A stretch of DNA of 63,614 bases, the filler included, from Collodictyon triciliatum (lineage: Eukaryota), in assembly GCA_043381765.1 (NCBI GenBank). It is 44 parts of 44 records of this genome, joined end to end, with 100 filler letters (N's around TTAATTAATTAA, not from the genome) between each part and the next. Parts side by side here need not be neighbours in the genome. Positions count along the whole stretch, not along the records: positions 34,817 to 36,164 come from JBHJMP010011351.1; positions 36,265 to 37,610 come from JBHJMP010011352.1; positions 37,711 to 39,057 come from JBHJMP010011353.1; positions 39,158 to 40,505 come from JBHJMP010011354.1; positions 40,606 to 41,951 come from JBHJMP010011355.1; positions 42,052 to 43,397 come from JBHJMP010011356.1; positions 43,498 to 44,843 come from JBHJMP010011357.1; positions 44,944 to 46,286 come from JBHJMP010011358.1; 36 more parts are not named here. One strand, written 5' to 3'. Below, piece by piece: positions 34,717 to 47,641 of the stretch (positions are counted from its first letter, which is position 1; each line of letters opens with the position of its first letter). A model generated the notes under the pieces. That model ran no database searches and was not told where the DNA came from. It saw only the letters and a program-made list of their open reading frames with translations. Position numbers and translations under genes: made by a program.

Positions 34717-36846
34717 NNNNNNNNNNNNNNNNNNNNNNNNNNNNNNNNNNNNNNNNNNNNTTAATTAATTAANNNNNNNNNNNNNNNNNNNNNNNNNNNN
34801 NNNNNNNNNNNNNNNNAAAAAAAAGAAAAGAAAAAGAAAAGAAAAAGAAAAGAAAAAGAAAAAGAAAAGAAAAAAGAAAAGAAAAAAGAAAAGAAAAAAG
34901 AAAAGAAAAAGGAAAAAGAAAAGAAAAGAAAAGAAAAGAAAAGAAAAAGCAAAAAGAAAAGAAAAAAGAGAAAGAAAGGATAAAGAAAAGAAAAAGAAAA
35001 AGGAAAAAGAAAAAGAAAAAAGAAAAAGAAAAAGAAAAAGAAAAGAAAAGAAAAGAAAAAGAAAAGAAAAAGAAAAGAAAAGAAAAAGAAAAAGAAAAAG
35101 AAAAAGAAAAAGAAAAAGAAAAAGAAAAAGAAAAAGAAAAAGAAAAAGAAAAAGAAAAAGAAAAAGAAAAGAAAAAGCAAACAAAAGAAGGGTGTGTTTG
35201 ATCAAGCCAGAACGAACGCAGCACCAGGCGACCACTCCAACCCGATAACAGGTCTTCGATATTAATACTTACTATTTGATATTAACACACTCCATGGAAA
35301 GGTTCGAATAGTGATTCAAAAGGAAAGCAATAAATATAACCAGAGCAGACGCTTGATGAAAGCCCAGCAGCGCAACAACCACAGCCGGAGCCGTTCTCAC
35401 CCACTTTCCACTTCTCTTTCCGATCACCTCTCCTCTTTTCGGCCTGAATTCAGCATATGTGGAACATTGTGCAATTTGTTTGGCCGGGTTGGAATTCACA
35501 CGGGACAACGCACCAAAACACATCCCCAATTTATCCAAACACACAGCAAAACTCGGCTGCATCGCACTGCTGCGGAAATCCTATCGCTGAAGCAGGCGTT
35601 CGGCTGAATCGATACTACGAGAGGCGGCCGGTGGCTTGAAATAGGTCGGCGTGTGGGCCAACTCTGCTTGCTCCGGGTGGTTGCTGAGGCGCAGTGTGGT
35701 GTGATGTGATGTGATGCCTGATGGCTGTCTCAATTGCAGATACCGCCGGCATCCCATCATGCGCCTCATAGAACTAATTCACCAAATATCACAACAATGC
35801 TAATCTACTTCACAGCGTGAAAAGATATAAATTAAGAGGAAAAAACGAAAAAAAATGGAAGTAGAGCCTTATCATGCATGCAACAGTATGGTTCCGCATG
35901 GGTGATATGCATATGTCTTTCATGCAAAGTTCAACAAAAGTAATCTACCTGGATATCCCAGGGCTTATAACCACAGAAGTTGTGAATATAATGAGTTCAG
36001 AGTTCCGTTTATACAATATTTTTTAATTTGTTTATTTGATAATGCACCAAATCAATGGTGGACACTGTGATTACTCTTTGGCAGATGAATTCGATTCGAT
36101 TAATAATAAATGTATTAATTTTTTATTGTGTTCAGAGGAGGAAAAATTCAACTAGAATGATATTNNNNNNNNNNNNNNNNNNNNNNNNNNNNNNNNNNNN
36201 NNNNNNNNTTAATTAATTAANNNNNNNNNNNNNNNNNNNNNNNNNNNNNNNNNNNNNNNNNNNNCGGCGTTGGGTGCGGCTTTGCCTGTGAGCGTGCCTG
36301 CCGAGTTGGAGGGCACGTTTGGGTCTTTGTCCGCAGCGGAAGGGGAGCCTCTTGTGGAGTCTTTGGGGTTGGCGGGGGTTTTGCCATGGTTGGTGTGTGC
36401 GCTGACTCTGGAATCGGTGCGAGCTGTGGTGTGGCTTCACCTTTGTTGTGGGGCAAAGCGCTCGGCCGTCTCCCTGCGGGGGTACGCAAGGCCCAAGCCG
36501 CTCGACAGGTCGGATGCCAGCAGCACAACGCCCTCCGTGGCGCACTCGCGGGTGCGGTGGACTTCGCACAGCTGCGCCAACAGGCGCAGGCGTGTGGCGT
36601 GTGTCAGTGTCTCAGTGTACTCGCCCACAAGGCACACCACGCAGCCGGCCGGGTAGAGTCCCTTCTCCTGCAGTCCCGCTGCTCGCTCCACCAGTCGCGT
36701 CCGGTAATGCTCGTATACCACATTCTCGTCGTCAAGTTGAGGCTTGGTTGCCATCCGTGTGGTTTTTGTGCAAAACCAAAGGGCTAATCGGTTAGAGCAG
36801 CTTCAGATTCGAATCATAGGCACACATTAAAGACACTTTCACCCTG

Positions 36847-37610
36847 CCCGCGCCTGATTGAAAACACAAGACGCGACCCGTCGAAGGCTTCGCAAGTTGC
36901 AGCCAGTTCTTCTGGTTCCAACGCTGGTGCGGAAAACCCCGAGTTGCACGTAAGTCTAGGAAGACGTGTGCAAGGAAGCCGCCTGCAAGTTTGTCTGAGC
37001 GGATAGTATTTTTGCACGGGGTCGAGCAAGTCGTTTACAACAAGAACAAGGCCCGCAGGCTCACAGATGCACTCGCCTCCTTCTTGAAAGGAACAAACTT
37101 TGGGAAGAGTCCATCCAATTGCGCTTACCGGACAGCGAAGGCCTTTGCCTGATTGCCTTCCGCCCTGCAGAGAACGCCCGAAAGCTTCTGGAGCCGAAGC
37201 AGGTAAGTTTGAGCGATATTACGATCAGCTTCAGCAGAAGTAGACCAACAGAGACCTCGGCGATGCTCTACCAACTACCGCTGAACGTGTGGCCGCAACT
37301 TATTCATGAGGAGCCGAAGCCGTTCAGACCGACCCACGTGGAGATCAAAAAGGGACAAAGGCTTCTTCACAGACACGGCCGTGGTGAAGCTTGTTTATCA
37401 TAAGAACCAGCTCCCTGAAAAGTTTACGGTCATGGGCAAAAAGTGTCCAAAGCGCGTCCTCAAAGAGCGTCCGCCAGCCGCGAACAACGAACGACAAGCA
37501 AAAACCCGCAAAAGAATACACCCGCCAAGCAGACAAGCAGCAACGGGGTCAAGGAAGCCAAGGCCAGGCAACAACTGAGCCCGCAAGACTCACAGCAGAT
37601 ACGCGCATAC
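36847..37610 (+). mobile_element. Non-LTR ORF1 family A copy 2 (5' part, frameshifted)
   Basis: Aligns with the reverse complement of 3390-4138. Confidence 0.75.
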
Positions 37611-39157
37611 NNNNNNNNNNNNNNNNNNNNNNNNNNNNNNNNNNNNNNNNNNNNTTAATTAATTAANNNNNNNNNNNNNNNNNNNNNNNNNNNNNNNNNN
37701 NNNNNNNNNNTTTTGTAAAAAAAAAAAAAAAAGAATCATTAGCCAACTATTGCATAGTGCATATCGTCGACCTTACTCTAAAAAAAATACCAAAGAGAGC
37801 ATTAGGCGCATAGAAATACGCAACTGAGCTTTGACACTTGTTGGGACTGCAAGGTTTTTTTATGATGCGACATATATTTTTGAACAAAGAAATATAATTT
37901 TACAGAGCAGCACCCAAATCCAAGAGCATATTTGTTTATAAGGCTGAAAATGAATCAATATTTGAAAGGTTGCATAACATTCATTTCTTCGCTTCACTTT
38001 TTTTAAATGCTCAAAGTAGATTCTCAGGCTTAACGAGAATATGTCATTATCTATACTGATAATCATTGGTATGAGAGATGAAATAGGCCATTCTGTTCGT
38101 CTTTCTATCACATTATTTCATTTGAAAAGATAAAAGAAGAAATTTTGAAAGGAGGAGGACATATGTTCATTTTTTTTCAAGTTCTGCTATTCCTAAACGA
38201 CTATCGCTTTATAGTCTGACATCTAACCATTTATTATTTGCACGGATTAAGCGGTATATCCCGTTTGTAAGGTCTAAGGTCATAGTGCTTGGTTACATGG
38301 AAAGACTTGACCATGTTTTGTAAATCAAAAAAAAAACCAAACTTCATCTATATGATAATAACTCTTGAAAATTCTCGCTAAGAAACAGTATAATTAGAAT
38401 TTTTCAGGTCTTTTTTATGTATCTTTAATTGATATTTTCAAATGAAGGTAATCGTGTTGATACGGATAGTCAACCGGATTCATCATGTTTACATGATACA
38501 CATATGCTTTTGTAATACATTCAACAAAAAAAATGGAATTCATGGCTCCATAGATTAATGTGTTTTTTTTTCTTACAACTTTAATCCATAAAATTTAATA
38601 TTTAGTCTCTAGTGTCTCAAAAATTAGTTGGCAATAAATATCATGGAGTTGAAGTATTTTGCCGAATGAAAAATTTATGTATCCCTTGTTTTTTACTGGT
38701 GTACTTTCACACATTATATGATTCATACTTTTTTATTCTTTGAATATTTTCAGTAAGATATATTGTCTCTCGTTCAATTTTTTCAGCTCTTGTTTACTTT
38801 ACTGGGCATGCGCATACATGGTTAACATCTGTGTTCATCATAGACACATTCACCTCTTACAACACTTGAGAGTACTTCCACCTTTTCATGTTGTTTATGA
38901 CTGAGTCCGTATTTGATGTGTCATACTTCCTGATTGTCTAAGGTCATTTTTTCAGAATTTGCGGTATCATTACAATTCTTCTTTATGTGAAGTTTGGCGC
39001 TTTTTATCTGGGCAACAAGGTCCACCATCCTGCACAAAATTGAAAGGAAGAATAAAANNNNNNNNNNNNNNNNNNNNNNNNNNNNNNNNNNNNNNNNNNN
39101 NTTAATTAATTAANNNNNNNNNNNNNNNNNNNNNNNNNNNNNNNNNNNNNNNNNNNN

Positions 39158-39211
<54 letters not shown>

Positions 39212-40605
39212 TTTTGGTGCACACTATCCAGCTTACCTAATAGTAATGAAACAGTGGTACTTGTTCTAATAAACCACTGCTTTGTCCAAACGGTCGACAT
39301 AGCCCGTCTTTTCTTTTTCTCTTTTTTTCCGCTGGGCACTATAAAGCGCCCCATCCAAGAGAAATATTGAGATACAGCTTGCTATATGCCAAGCCAGCCT
39401 TGAATGCTCGATGACTCGCAGAGATAGATACTGCGGAAGAAGAGAAAGGTCTGATTTATATATTCGTGGCAATAGACAGAAGGGAAAGAAAAACAGAACA
39501 AAAACAAATATCGGAAGCGGGCGAAACTCGTGCGCCTCGGTTTGATTGGGCGCACCCACGGGCATCAGTGTGAGACTCTTATTCTCTGGTTTTTAGAATT
39601 ATCAATAGACTAGAAGCATCGCAAAAGTGGCAGGGGATGAAGGGGTGGGAGAGGGGGAGAGAGGGAACAAAAAAAAAAGAAAAGAAAGAAAGCAACGGTC
39701 AACCCGAAGTACACAGTCAGCAGACTTGTAATTGTCCCGGTTATGTGGATGCAACCCCCAGATTTAACGCTGTTGCGAACATAAACCAGTGAATGTGGAG
39801 TCACATCAGCCGCCTACTTCCTTTGGTGCATAAACATACTCATACCGCCTGCGAACGATGCACCTAAAGAGCTCTGCTGCGCGCCAGTAAGCTGGGCATT
39901 AATGACCACTTCTGAAGGAGGCCGTGTGCTCCGAGGCAGAATTGTGATACACCGCCATAAAAAGACTTAATCCACGCTGGATTTTCGCTGTCGCAAGTGC
40001 CAATGCCACAACCACCCGGACATGAGAAAGGGCCCGACGCAGTACTCAAAAGGCTTGTTTCCTCGTTTTGTTTATTTTGTTGCCATGCGGTGTGTGGGAA
40101 GGAAGGAAGAAGCACGAGCAGGTTGATTCGGCTGCATCAAAGTTTTGAGTCACGACGAAGCAAAGCATATGGGAATGCACGTTTGTCTTTGAATCTCACG
40201 GGCTTTGCATCGGAAAAAGGAACATCCGAGCGAGGCAGACAGATTGAAATCAAATCAAAAGCAGGTTGATCGAGCGGCAGGACAGTAGGTCATCATTAAC
40301 GAGGAATAGAAAGAGAAGGAGGGGAGGGGAGAGCACACAGAGTTCAAACCCACTGGCTTAGGCGGCGCTTGTGTCGGGCTCGTAGAGCGGATTACTCTTC
40401 ATGGCTTTGCCCTGCTCAAAGTCTGCCTGGTAAAGCGGATTGCTGGAGAAGATATCGCCATCCTTGTCTGGCAGTTGGAACGAGTAGTTCTCCTTGGCCG
40501 AGACTNNNNNNNNNNNNNNNNNNNNNNNNNNNNNNNNNNNNNNNNNNNNTTAATTAATTAANNNNNNNNNNNNNNNNNNNNNNNNNNNNNNNNNNNNNNN
40601 NNNNN

Positions 40606-41951
40606 TTTCACCAACAATGAAAGGTAAATGTTGTAATAGTTTGACATTTCTGCCTCTGTATTGATAATATACGTGGGCACTCCCGTGGTACTTGATTTTG
40701 ATTCCTCAAAGCCCATTAATGGCTTTTGAAGGAATTTCATAAACTTGACTTGAAATTCAGAAGGTATCCCAAGGTCAAGAATATAGTTTAAGTCGTTTGG
40801 AACCAATTTTTCGAGTGCCAGCAGTTTGGATGTTGTTTCTTTCCAGTCTTTTGACTCCTGGAAAAAAATTATCATGTGAAAAAGATTCTTCGTGGAATAC
40901 AACCCCAGTCTGGTCAGGAGGTCGAGACATTTCTCCGGATGCACATGAATGACCCCTTTCAAAGACCCTAGCATAAAGCGGAATCCTGCTTTCATACTAT
41001 CTGTTTCGTTTCGTATTACCAGCCATTCTTGTCCCGTACAAAGAGGTGGAATAGACTTTGATTCTAGGTTGAATATCGCAAAAAAATTGCTTAAATCCAC
41101 TTTTTTTCCTATTATGAGCGCATGCGACAGGATGTTTTTCGATATATCAACCTTGAAAACCCAAAGTACCAGTTCTCTTGCCATAATATCGTTTTCAGAG
41201 CAAGAAATTTTTATCTGATAAGTTTTTGACTCTTCATGAAAGTCATTTTGGCCACGTACTAGATATTTCTCAAAGTTACCTGCCAGGTGTCCCATTATAT
41301 ATATATATTGACTTGGGGCTAATTCCCCCTCTATCTGGAGATAAAGGGAAATTTCGAAGTTATATCTTGTGAAGTAAGCTAATTGTGAAGGATTATACAA
41401 CTGAAACAATTCTTGAGCCTTCTTCAAGTTCACTAAAAAAACAGATTTTTCTGCGGGAGGTAAGGTAGATGATTTAGATGCGATCGTGGAAACAGACTTA
41501 ATTTCTGTCATCAAGTGACGTTCGTTTAATTTTTCCGGAACTACCACTATACTACTCATGAGATGGCAATGTCGCATCACTTCGGGAGGACTGACTTTAT
41601 AATTTCTGTCCCTAACATCTGACAGAGATATTGCCTTCCTATTTCGAGGTGGAAGCACAGGAAGTACATAATATTGTTTGTTGGGAAGATGGTTCAATTC
41701 CTGAAATGTATATTCTTCTTTTATGGTAACTGGGCTCCTCTCAAGACGGAAAACATTCACAGAAAGCTCTCTGTAGGTCATGGCGTGTGTATTTGAACTT
41801 GCCATATCGCGATATGATGATTTTCCCTCCAGGATAGGATTCGTATTCAAGTCGTGAGATGATAAAGGGGGAGTAGAAGAGTTGGTTTCAGGAAAATAGG
41901 TTGAGTTTGGAGGATTCTCGATTACGGAAACTGGTTGATTTCCATTCGTCG
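40606..41951 (-). CDS. Unknown protein, stop-free frame of about 448 codons spanning the contig
   Basis: ORF 40558-41850 extends upstream without a stop to the contig edge. I recognise no motif with confidence. Confidence 0.75.
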
Positions 41952-43497
41952 NNNNNNNNNNNNNNNNNNNNNNNNNNNNNNNNNNNNNNNNNNNNTTAAT
42001 TAATTAANNNNNNNNNNNNNNNNNNNNNNNNNNNNNNNNNNNNNNNNNNNNTTTCTTTTTTCTTTTCTTTTTCTTTTCTTTTTTCTTTTCTTTTTTCTTT
42101 TTTCTTTTCTTTTCTCTTTTCTTTTTTTCTTTTCTTTTCTTTTCTCTTTTCTTTTCTTTTCTTTTTTCTTTTTCTTTTTATTTTCTTTTTTCCCTTTCCT
42201 TTTCTTTTTCTTTTCTTTTTCGTTTTCGTTTTCTTTTTCTTTTTCTTTTTAAAAGCAGCAAAGCGTCACTCCTTCCTTGTCTTATTGTCAGTATGTTTAA
42301 CGTCAAAGAGCGATTATCTAAACCAGAGGAGTCATCTTACACCTACACATACATCAGCTGTGCTTCAGTTATCGCCTTGGTCTTCACACATTTTTTCTCA
42401 GCATAGAAATGAATCTTTATTTCGTTGCTGCCACTTAAAACATCATGATTTGATGCAGCTTACATATGAATCATACAGAACTCATGACATTCTCGTATCC
42501 GGTAATGTCAAAACACAAGCATACAAAAGCCTCGTTATGATGCAAATCTGAACTTCCTTCGCAATAAAAAAAGGCAATGCATCAAGCAATGTCCATGACT
42601 GCAGAAGCACGCAATTGACATTCACGACAAATAAACGGCAGCCAAGGCGACAATATTTCCTCACGCAACATGGCTATCATCACAACGATGCTGCATCGCA
42701 AGAAGATTGAGCCGGGACTGGGTAAAGCTGTGTGTATGGCTGCTAATTGTCTAATGCCATATGAGAAATGAAAATAAAAAACATGCAAAATGAACATAAA
42801 TATTATCTGAACTCGGAAAGATTCCATTTATTGGTAACGCTACTTGTTTGTAATGATTTATACATCAGCAGGCTTGTAGGCTATGAAATGAAACGCTTTG
42901 CGACGGGCCTGTACCCTATATTGTCTGTTTTCCATTTCATAAATCATTTTATTTTATATTTGTTCAAAGTGGTGTAGTTTTTATCTTTGGCTTTCTAAAT
43001 TTCGTTTATATGGACGCTTATTCAAATCCGATTGGTCGAGAAGTAGTAGTCGGTAGTCAGGAATTGCATCTCGAGGTTTAGCTTTTGGGCTGTGTCTTGT
43101 GCCTGTATGAGAAGTGAAGTGAGGTTTCGTTTTTCCTTTCTCAGCCTATTTCCACATGTCTCTTCTCGCGGAGTCTGAATAATGAAGAATGTCAAGTGAC
43201 TAGATAAGCTGTTGGGGAAAGATATAAATAAAGAACATAATGAACTAAATAATGATAAAAATATCCTGGTAATATGCGCCTTGCTAGGTATTTTGACACA
43301 ACTCTTGCCGTACTTTTGGTTTCTCGTTTAATTATCGTTATTTAATTTATTATATAAACTGCTTTATTTTTTCTTTATTTACAATATGCTTATATTTNNN
43401 NNNNNNNNNNNNNNNNNNNNNNNNNNNNNNNNNNNNNNNNNTTAATTAATTAANNNNNNNNNNNNNNNNNNNNNNNNNNNNNNNNNNNNNNNNNNNN

Positions 43498-43617
<120 letters not shown>

Positions 43618-43670
43618 ATCTTCATGAATATCTAGTTAATAACCGTCTGAAATGATTGTAACTTTACCAG

Positions 43671-44491
43671 TTAAGCGACGGAACCGAGGTTGATTTGGTG
43701 CCCAATGGGTCAATTACAAGCGTCGGGTATGTTTCATCATATATAAATCCCTATACCTTATTTTATAAAATTCATTATAGTCATTGCAGTTCATAGTCCA
43801 CTTTCTGATTCTAGAATAGAAGTCAAAAACAAAATATAATTTGAAGGAAAAAAAATTTATTTTATCTCTATCCAATCTGCCACCCATCCCCCAGAGAAGG
43901 AGACCTGCTTCGCTACTGCACGCTTGTGGAGCAAATCCGCCTCATGGAGGGAGAGGCACAAGCCGAGCACATTCGAAAAGGCATCGAGTGCATCATCCCT
44001 CTGTCGCCGCTTCGTCTCTTTACAGCGGACAACTTGGACGTCCTTGTCTGCGGCGACCAGACCGTCGATGTAGAGTTTATGAGGGTGAGAATGGCTTTTG
44101 ATTATATTAGAATATGCATGCACATATATGTGGTGTCAAAGGAATCTAACCAGAAACGAATGCATATATATAGAGTAACATGGAGTACGGCTCATACAAT
44201 GCCACAGACGCGCCAATAGTGCTCTTCTGGCGGGTCTTTGAAGAGTTCACCAACGAGGAGCGGAACCTCTTTATCCGTTTCGTCAGTGGCCTTTCCCGCC
44301 TCCCACAGGGCGGCTCTCTGTCTCGACGCTTCAAAATCGACCGCCTCAACGTCCGCAACCTGGACGAGTCGCTGCCGCAGGCGTCCACCTGCTTCTTCAC
44401 ATGCAAACTGCCGCCCTACCAAACCATCGAGCAGATGCGCTCAAAGCTGCTTTACGCCATCCAAAACTGTCGTGACATCGACACAGACTAA
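43671..44491 (+). CDS. HECT E3 ubiquitin ligase C-terminus (HERC1/2-like); three exons
   Basis: LSDGTEVDLVPNG, LFTADNLDVLVCG, FWRVFEEFTNEERNLFIRFVSGLSRLP, LPQASTCFF (catalytic Cys) and KLLYAIQNCRDIDTD*. Confidence 0.95.
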
Positions 44492-44807
44492 ATAGCCACG
44501 ATGCACACATAGACATACACCCGTGCTTTTGCCTTGTATACCATCGCTCCTGGGAAACACGACAGAAGTAATGGTCAGAAAAAGAGGGAAATAATGGAAG
44601 GAAAAAAAGAGAAACGAAAAAGGTCGCCCCGAAACAAACATATGGCGCCGGCAATGAAAAATTATGCCCGGGTTTCGTGTTATTTTTCTTTTCCTTTTGT
44701 CGCGCCAGAGAAAGAGTTGAACCTACCAAATATTGAGACTTTGATTCCTTCTTCTCCTTCATTTCTCTATTTCGTTTCTCCCAGCGAGGCTTTTTTTTTT
44801 TTTTTTT

Positions 44808-44839
<32 letters not shown>

Positions 44840-45790
44840 TTTTNNNNNNNNNNNNNNNNNNNNNNNNNNNNNNNNNNNNNNNNNNNNTTAATTAATTAAN
44901 NNNNNNNNNNNNNNNNNNNNNNNNNNNNNNNNNNNNNNNNNNNTTTTTCGCGCGCGTGATGCGCGAAGCAGCTTGAAGCAGCAGCCAGCAACCAACCAAG
45001 CAAGCAGCAGTGTTTTTTGTCTCGACTGCCTTCCTCAAGTCATCTTTCAAGCTTCACTCACACATGTGCGAGCACACACGAGACTCGAACAGCCTTCAAC
45101 TTGCTTTCGGCTGAATAATGCAGTGTTTTTACTATGACACGCACGAAGCTTCTCAAGTAAGTCTTCTCTCCACTTTGCCACTTCATTATGTTTTTTTATT
45201 TTTCTGTCTTCAGAATTCTCTTTTTTATTTTGTTACAAAACATAGAACGCACGAAGCTTTCTCACAAGCCATTTATCCCACTTTGTCACTTTTCTTTAAA
45301 ATCTTGGCAAAAATTCCGCTTCATTCTGCCACCCATTTGCGAAGCTTCTTGTAAGTCTTACGTTAACAAATCATAATTTGTCTTGTCTTATGTTTTTTCG
45401 TTTGATTTTGTCAAAGTTTGCTTAACTTTTTTATTTTCCAGTTATTGTGTTTTCATGTTATTTTCAATGAAAGTCTTCCAAATCAACCTTTTTTTCTTGC
45501 CAGCCGTCCAGTTTTCGCCGCTATCTCCGCTAACCTTACTATCGACGCTCGAAACCCCATTGCACCCCCGAAGCTCTACTATTTATTTCGCAGTTGATTC
45601 GTCCCTCTTCTCTTACTTGCTTTTCTTCCTGCCGCAACCAGTGATCTGCAACCCGTCACCTTCTCCCAATCCCAAGCAATACGACACCAAACAAATAAAC
45701 ACTGCGCAACCTGCCCACACAAAACTCGACTCATTTGTCTCCGGTTACCTCAGAGAGCGTCACAACCACTTTCCGTCCCCCTCCACCGCC

Positions 45791-46237
45791 ATGGCTGATC
45801 GCGCCGCCCGTCTCGAAGAGCTGCGAGAAATCGTCGGTGGCAGCATCGCGGAGCTCGAAAAACGCACAGAGCTGAGTCTCCATATTAAAAATCTGACTTC
45901 TGTGCCGCCCGGTGTCTGGGATCTGCCAGGCTTGGTGGACTTGTGGCTCTTTGACAATCAGCTTTCGTCGCTGCCGCCGGAAATATCGCAGTTGACGGGA
46001 CTCGCGGAGCTTTATGTTCACAACAACAAGCTTTCGTCGCTGCCGCCGGAAATATTGCAGTTGACGGGACTCGAAGTGCTTAATGTTAGTGTAAACCAGC
46101 TTTCGTCGCTGCCGCCGGAAATATCGCAGTTGACGGGACTCGAACTGCTTGATGTTCAAAACAACCGGCTTTCGTCGCTGCCGCCGGAAATATCGCAGTT
46201 GACGGGACTCACGTGGCTTTATGTTTCCCTGAACCCT
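45791..46237 (+). CDS. LRR protein first exon, distant paralogue of the 9002/19149 family
   Basis: MADRAARLEELRE...KNLTSVPPGVWDL followed by 23-aa LSSLPPEISQLTGL modules. The exon ends NP|GTAAGT at the same position and phase as in the LRR-kinases. Confidence 0.85.
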
Positions 46238-46648
46238 GTAAGTGTTTTGTTGTTTTTGTTTTATTTTTATGAAATAAAAGTGACTANNNNNNNNNNNNNN
46301 NNNNNNNNNNNNNNNNNNNNNNNNNNNNNNTTAATTAATTAANNNNNNNNNNNNNNNNNNNNNNNNNNNNNNNNNNNNNNNNNNNNTCGTTTTATTTTAT
46401 CCATCTTGCTTTGGTAGGCAGACGTTGTTTGTTATATAGTGTTGCGTTTAACTCCTTTATTTATTTAATTATTTTTCCTTTCATTTTTGTGCATGTTGAG
46501 AGGTTTTGGTCGGTGTATTATTCTTTTTCTTTTCAGAACAGATTCATGCCCGTTTGTGGTGTCAAGTACTTTTGTCGAAAACACAACAGAGTTCTTTTCG
46601 TAACAAAAGTACACGAGGTCGCGGACGACATTATGCATGGCCAGTCAC

Positions 46649-47641
46649 CTATGATGCAATTATGCTGGCAATGTGCGCGGCCACCATATTTGCCTTCTTG
46701 GACAAAGTACCGGGGTCAATATTGGCATGGGTCGCAGGCGTCTGTAAATATGTGATGTCATTAGTTGCTATTACACAGAATCCGTGCCAACATCTCACTC
46801 CAAAAAAAAGAAAAAAGGAAGAATATGAGAAATGTAAATTGAAAACGGATGAGCGGATTGGAACACAGACTGGATGTGATTGCTGTTGCGGCAAAGCTAT
46901 GGAAGATGCTGCTGTCGGAGGGTCGAGTGTCAAGACTGTCTCGTGTGGGTTTCTTGACCTTTGTCTTCCGTCAGCCTTGTCGTAGTTTCTGGATGGAAGC
47001 CTCGCTCCATCTGAAAGCACCAACATCCTAGAATCATCCCCCCCTATCGTGGATATCTTCTTTTTCTTCCACAAATGCTCCGGTCGCATGGCCTTATGGC
47101 GGCGATACCACTGATGACACGCGCCACAAAGCATGGTGTTATCCGGCCCCCTGCAAAACTTGCCGTTCTCGACGGGCCCGCAGTTTGAGCAGTTGCGGAC
47201 CTTTGGCCCACCCATGATATGAACCTGGCCAGAGAAACTGCCTGCTCCCAGGGCAGCGTCCGACTCTGCGGGTGCTAGCAAAGAGATTTTTGACCATAGA
47301 TGCTCAGGGCGCATGGCACTGTGGCGGCGATACCACTGCCCGCATGGATCGCACAAGGGCTCGCCATTTGGGCCGTAGTAGTACTGCCTCGTGTTTGATG
47401 TCCCGCAGTTTTTGCAGGACCGCTTGGTGCGCCGAGTCGAGAAGTTGACCAGGCGAAAGTCGAAGCGCGGGGCGTTCTGTGGCGCGTGTGGATTATTGGA
47501 TGCTTCGCTCATGGTTTGCAACTGCGTAACGGAGACGGCCTCGCCAGAGCGGGATGCAGTCATCATGTGGTTGTGATCAGTGTGGATTTCTCCAGAGTCA
47601 AAGGCGCCACTGGAGCGAAACGTGGGTGCTGTAAAGGCCAT
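46649..47641 (-). CDS. Protein with two GATA-type zinc fingers (C-x2-C-x17-C-x2-C); the 3' end of the ORF probably runs into an intron
   Basis: CKNCGTSNTRQYYYGPNGEPLCDPCGQWYRRHSAMRP and CSNCGPVENGKFCRGPDNTMLCGACHQWYRRHKAMRP. Confidence 0.8.
   Translation of the reverse strand: MAFTAPTFRSSGAFDSGEIHTDHNHMMTASRSGEAVSVTQLQTMSEASNNPHAPQNAPRFDFRLVNFSTRRTKRSCKNCGTSNTRQYYYGPNGEPLCDPCGQWYRRHSAMRPEHLWSKISLLAPAESDAALGAGSFSGQVHIMGGPKVRNCSNCGPVENGKFCRGPDNTMLCGACHQWYRRHKAMRPEHLWKKKKISTIGGDDSRMLVLSDGARLPSRNYDKADGRQRSRNPHETVLTLDPPTAASSIALPQQQSHPVCVPIRSSVFNLHFSYSSFFLFFGVRCWHGFCVIATNDITYLQTPATHANIDPGTLSKKANMVAAHIASIIAS

Noticed and set aside
34817-35180. Phe/Ser/Leu-rich or Lys/Arg-rich ORFs here and at other contig ends
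   Set aside because: They are translations of (GAAAA)n-type microsatellites and poly(A/T) tracts.
45962-46210. 42-nt repeats with 27-nt unique spacers resembling a CRISPR array (also 19345-19600)
   Set aside because: The period is exactly 69 nt, in frame, and encodes LRRs. The spacers share fixed codons, and there are no cas genes in this eukaryotic context.
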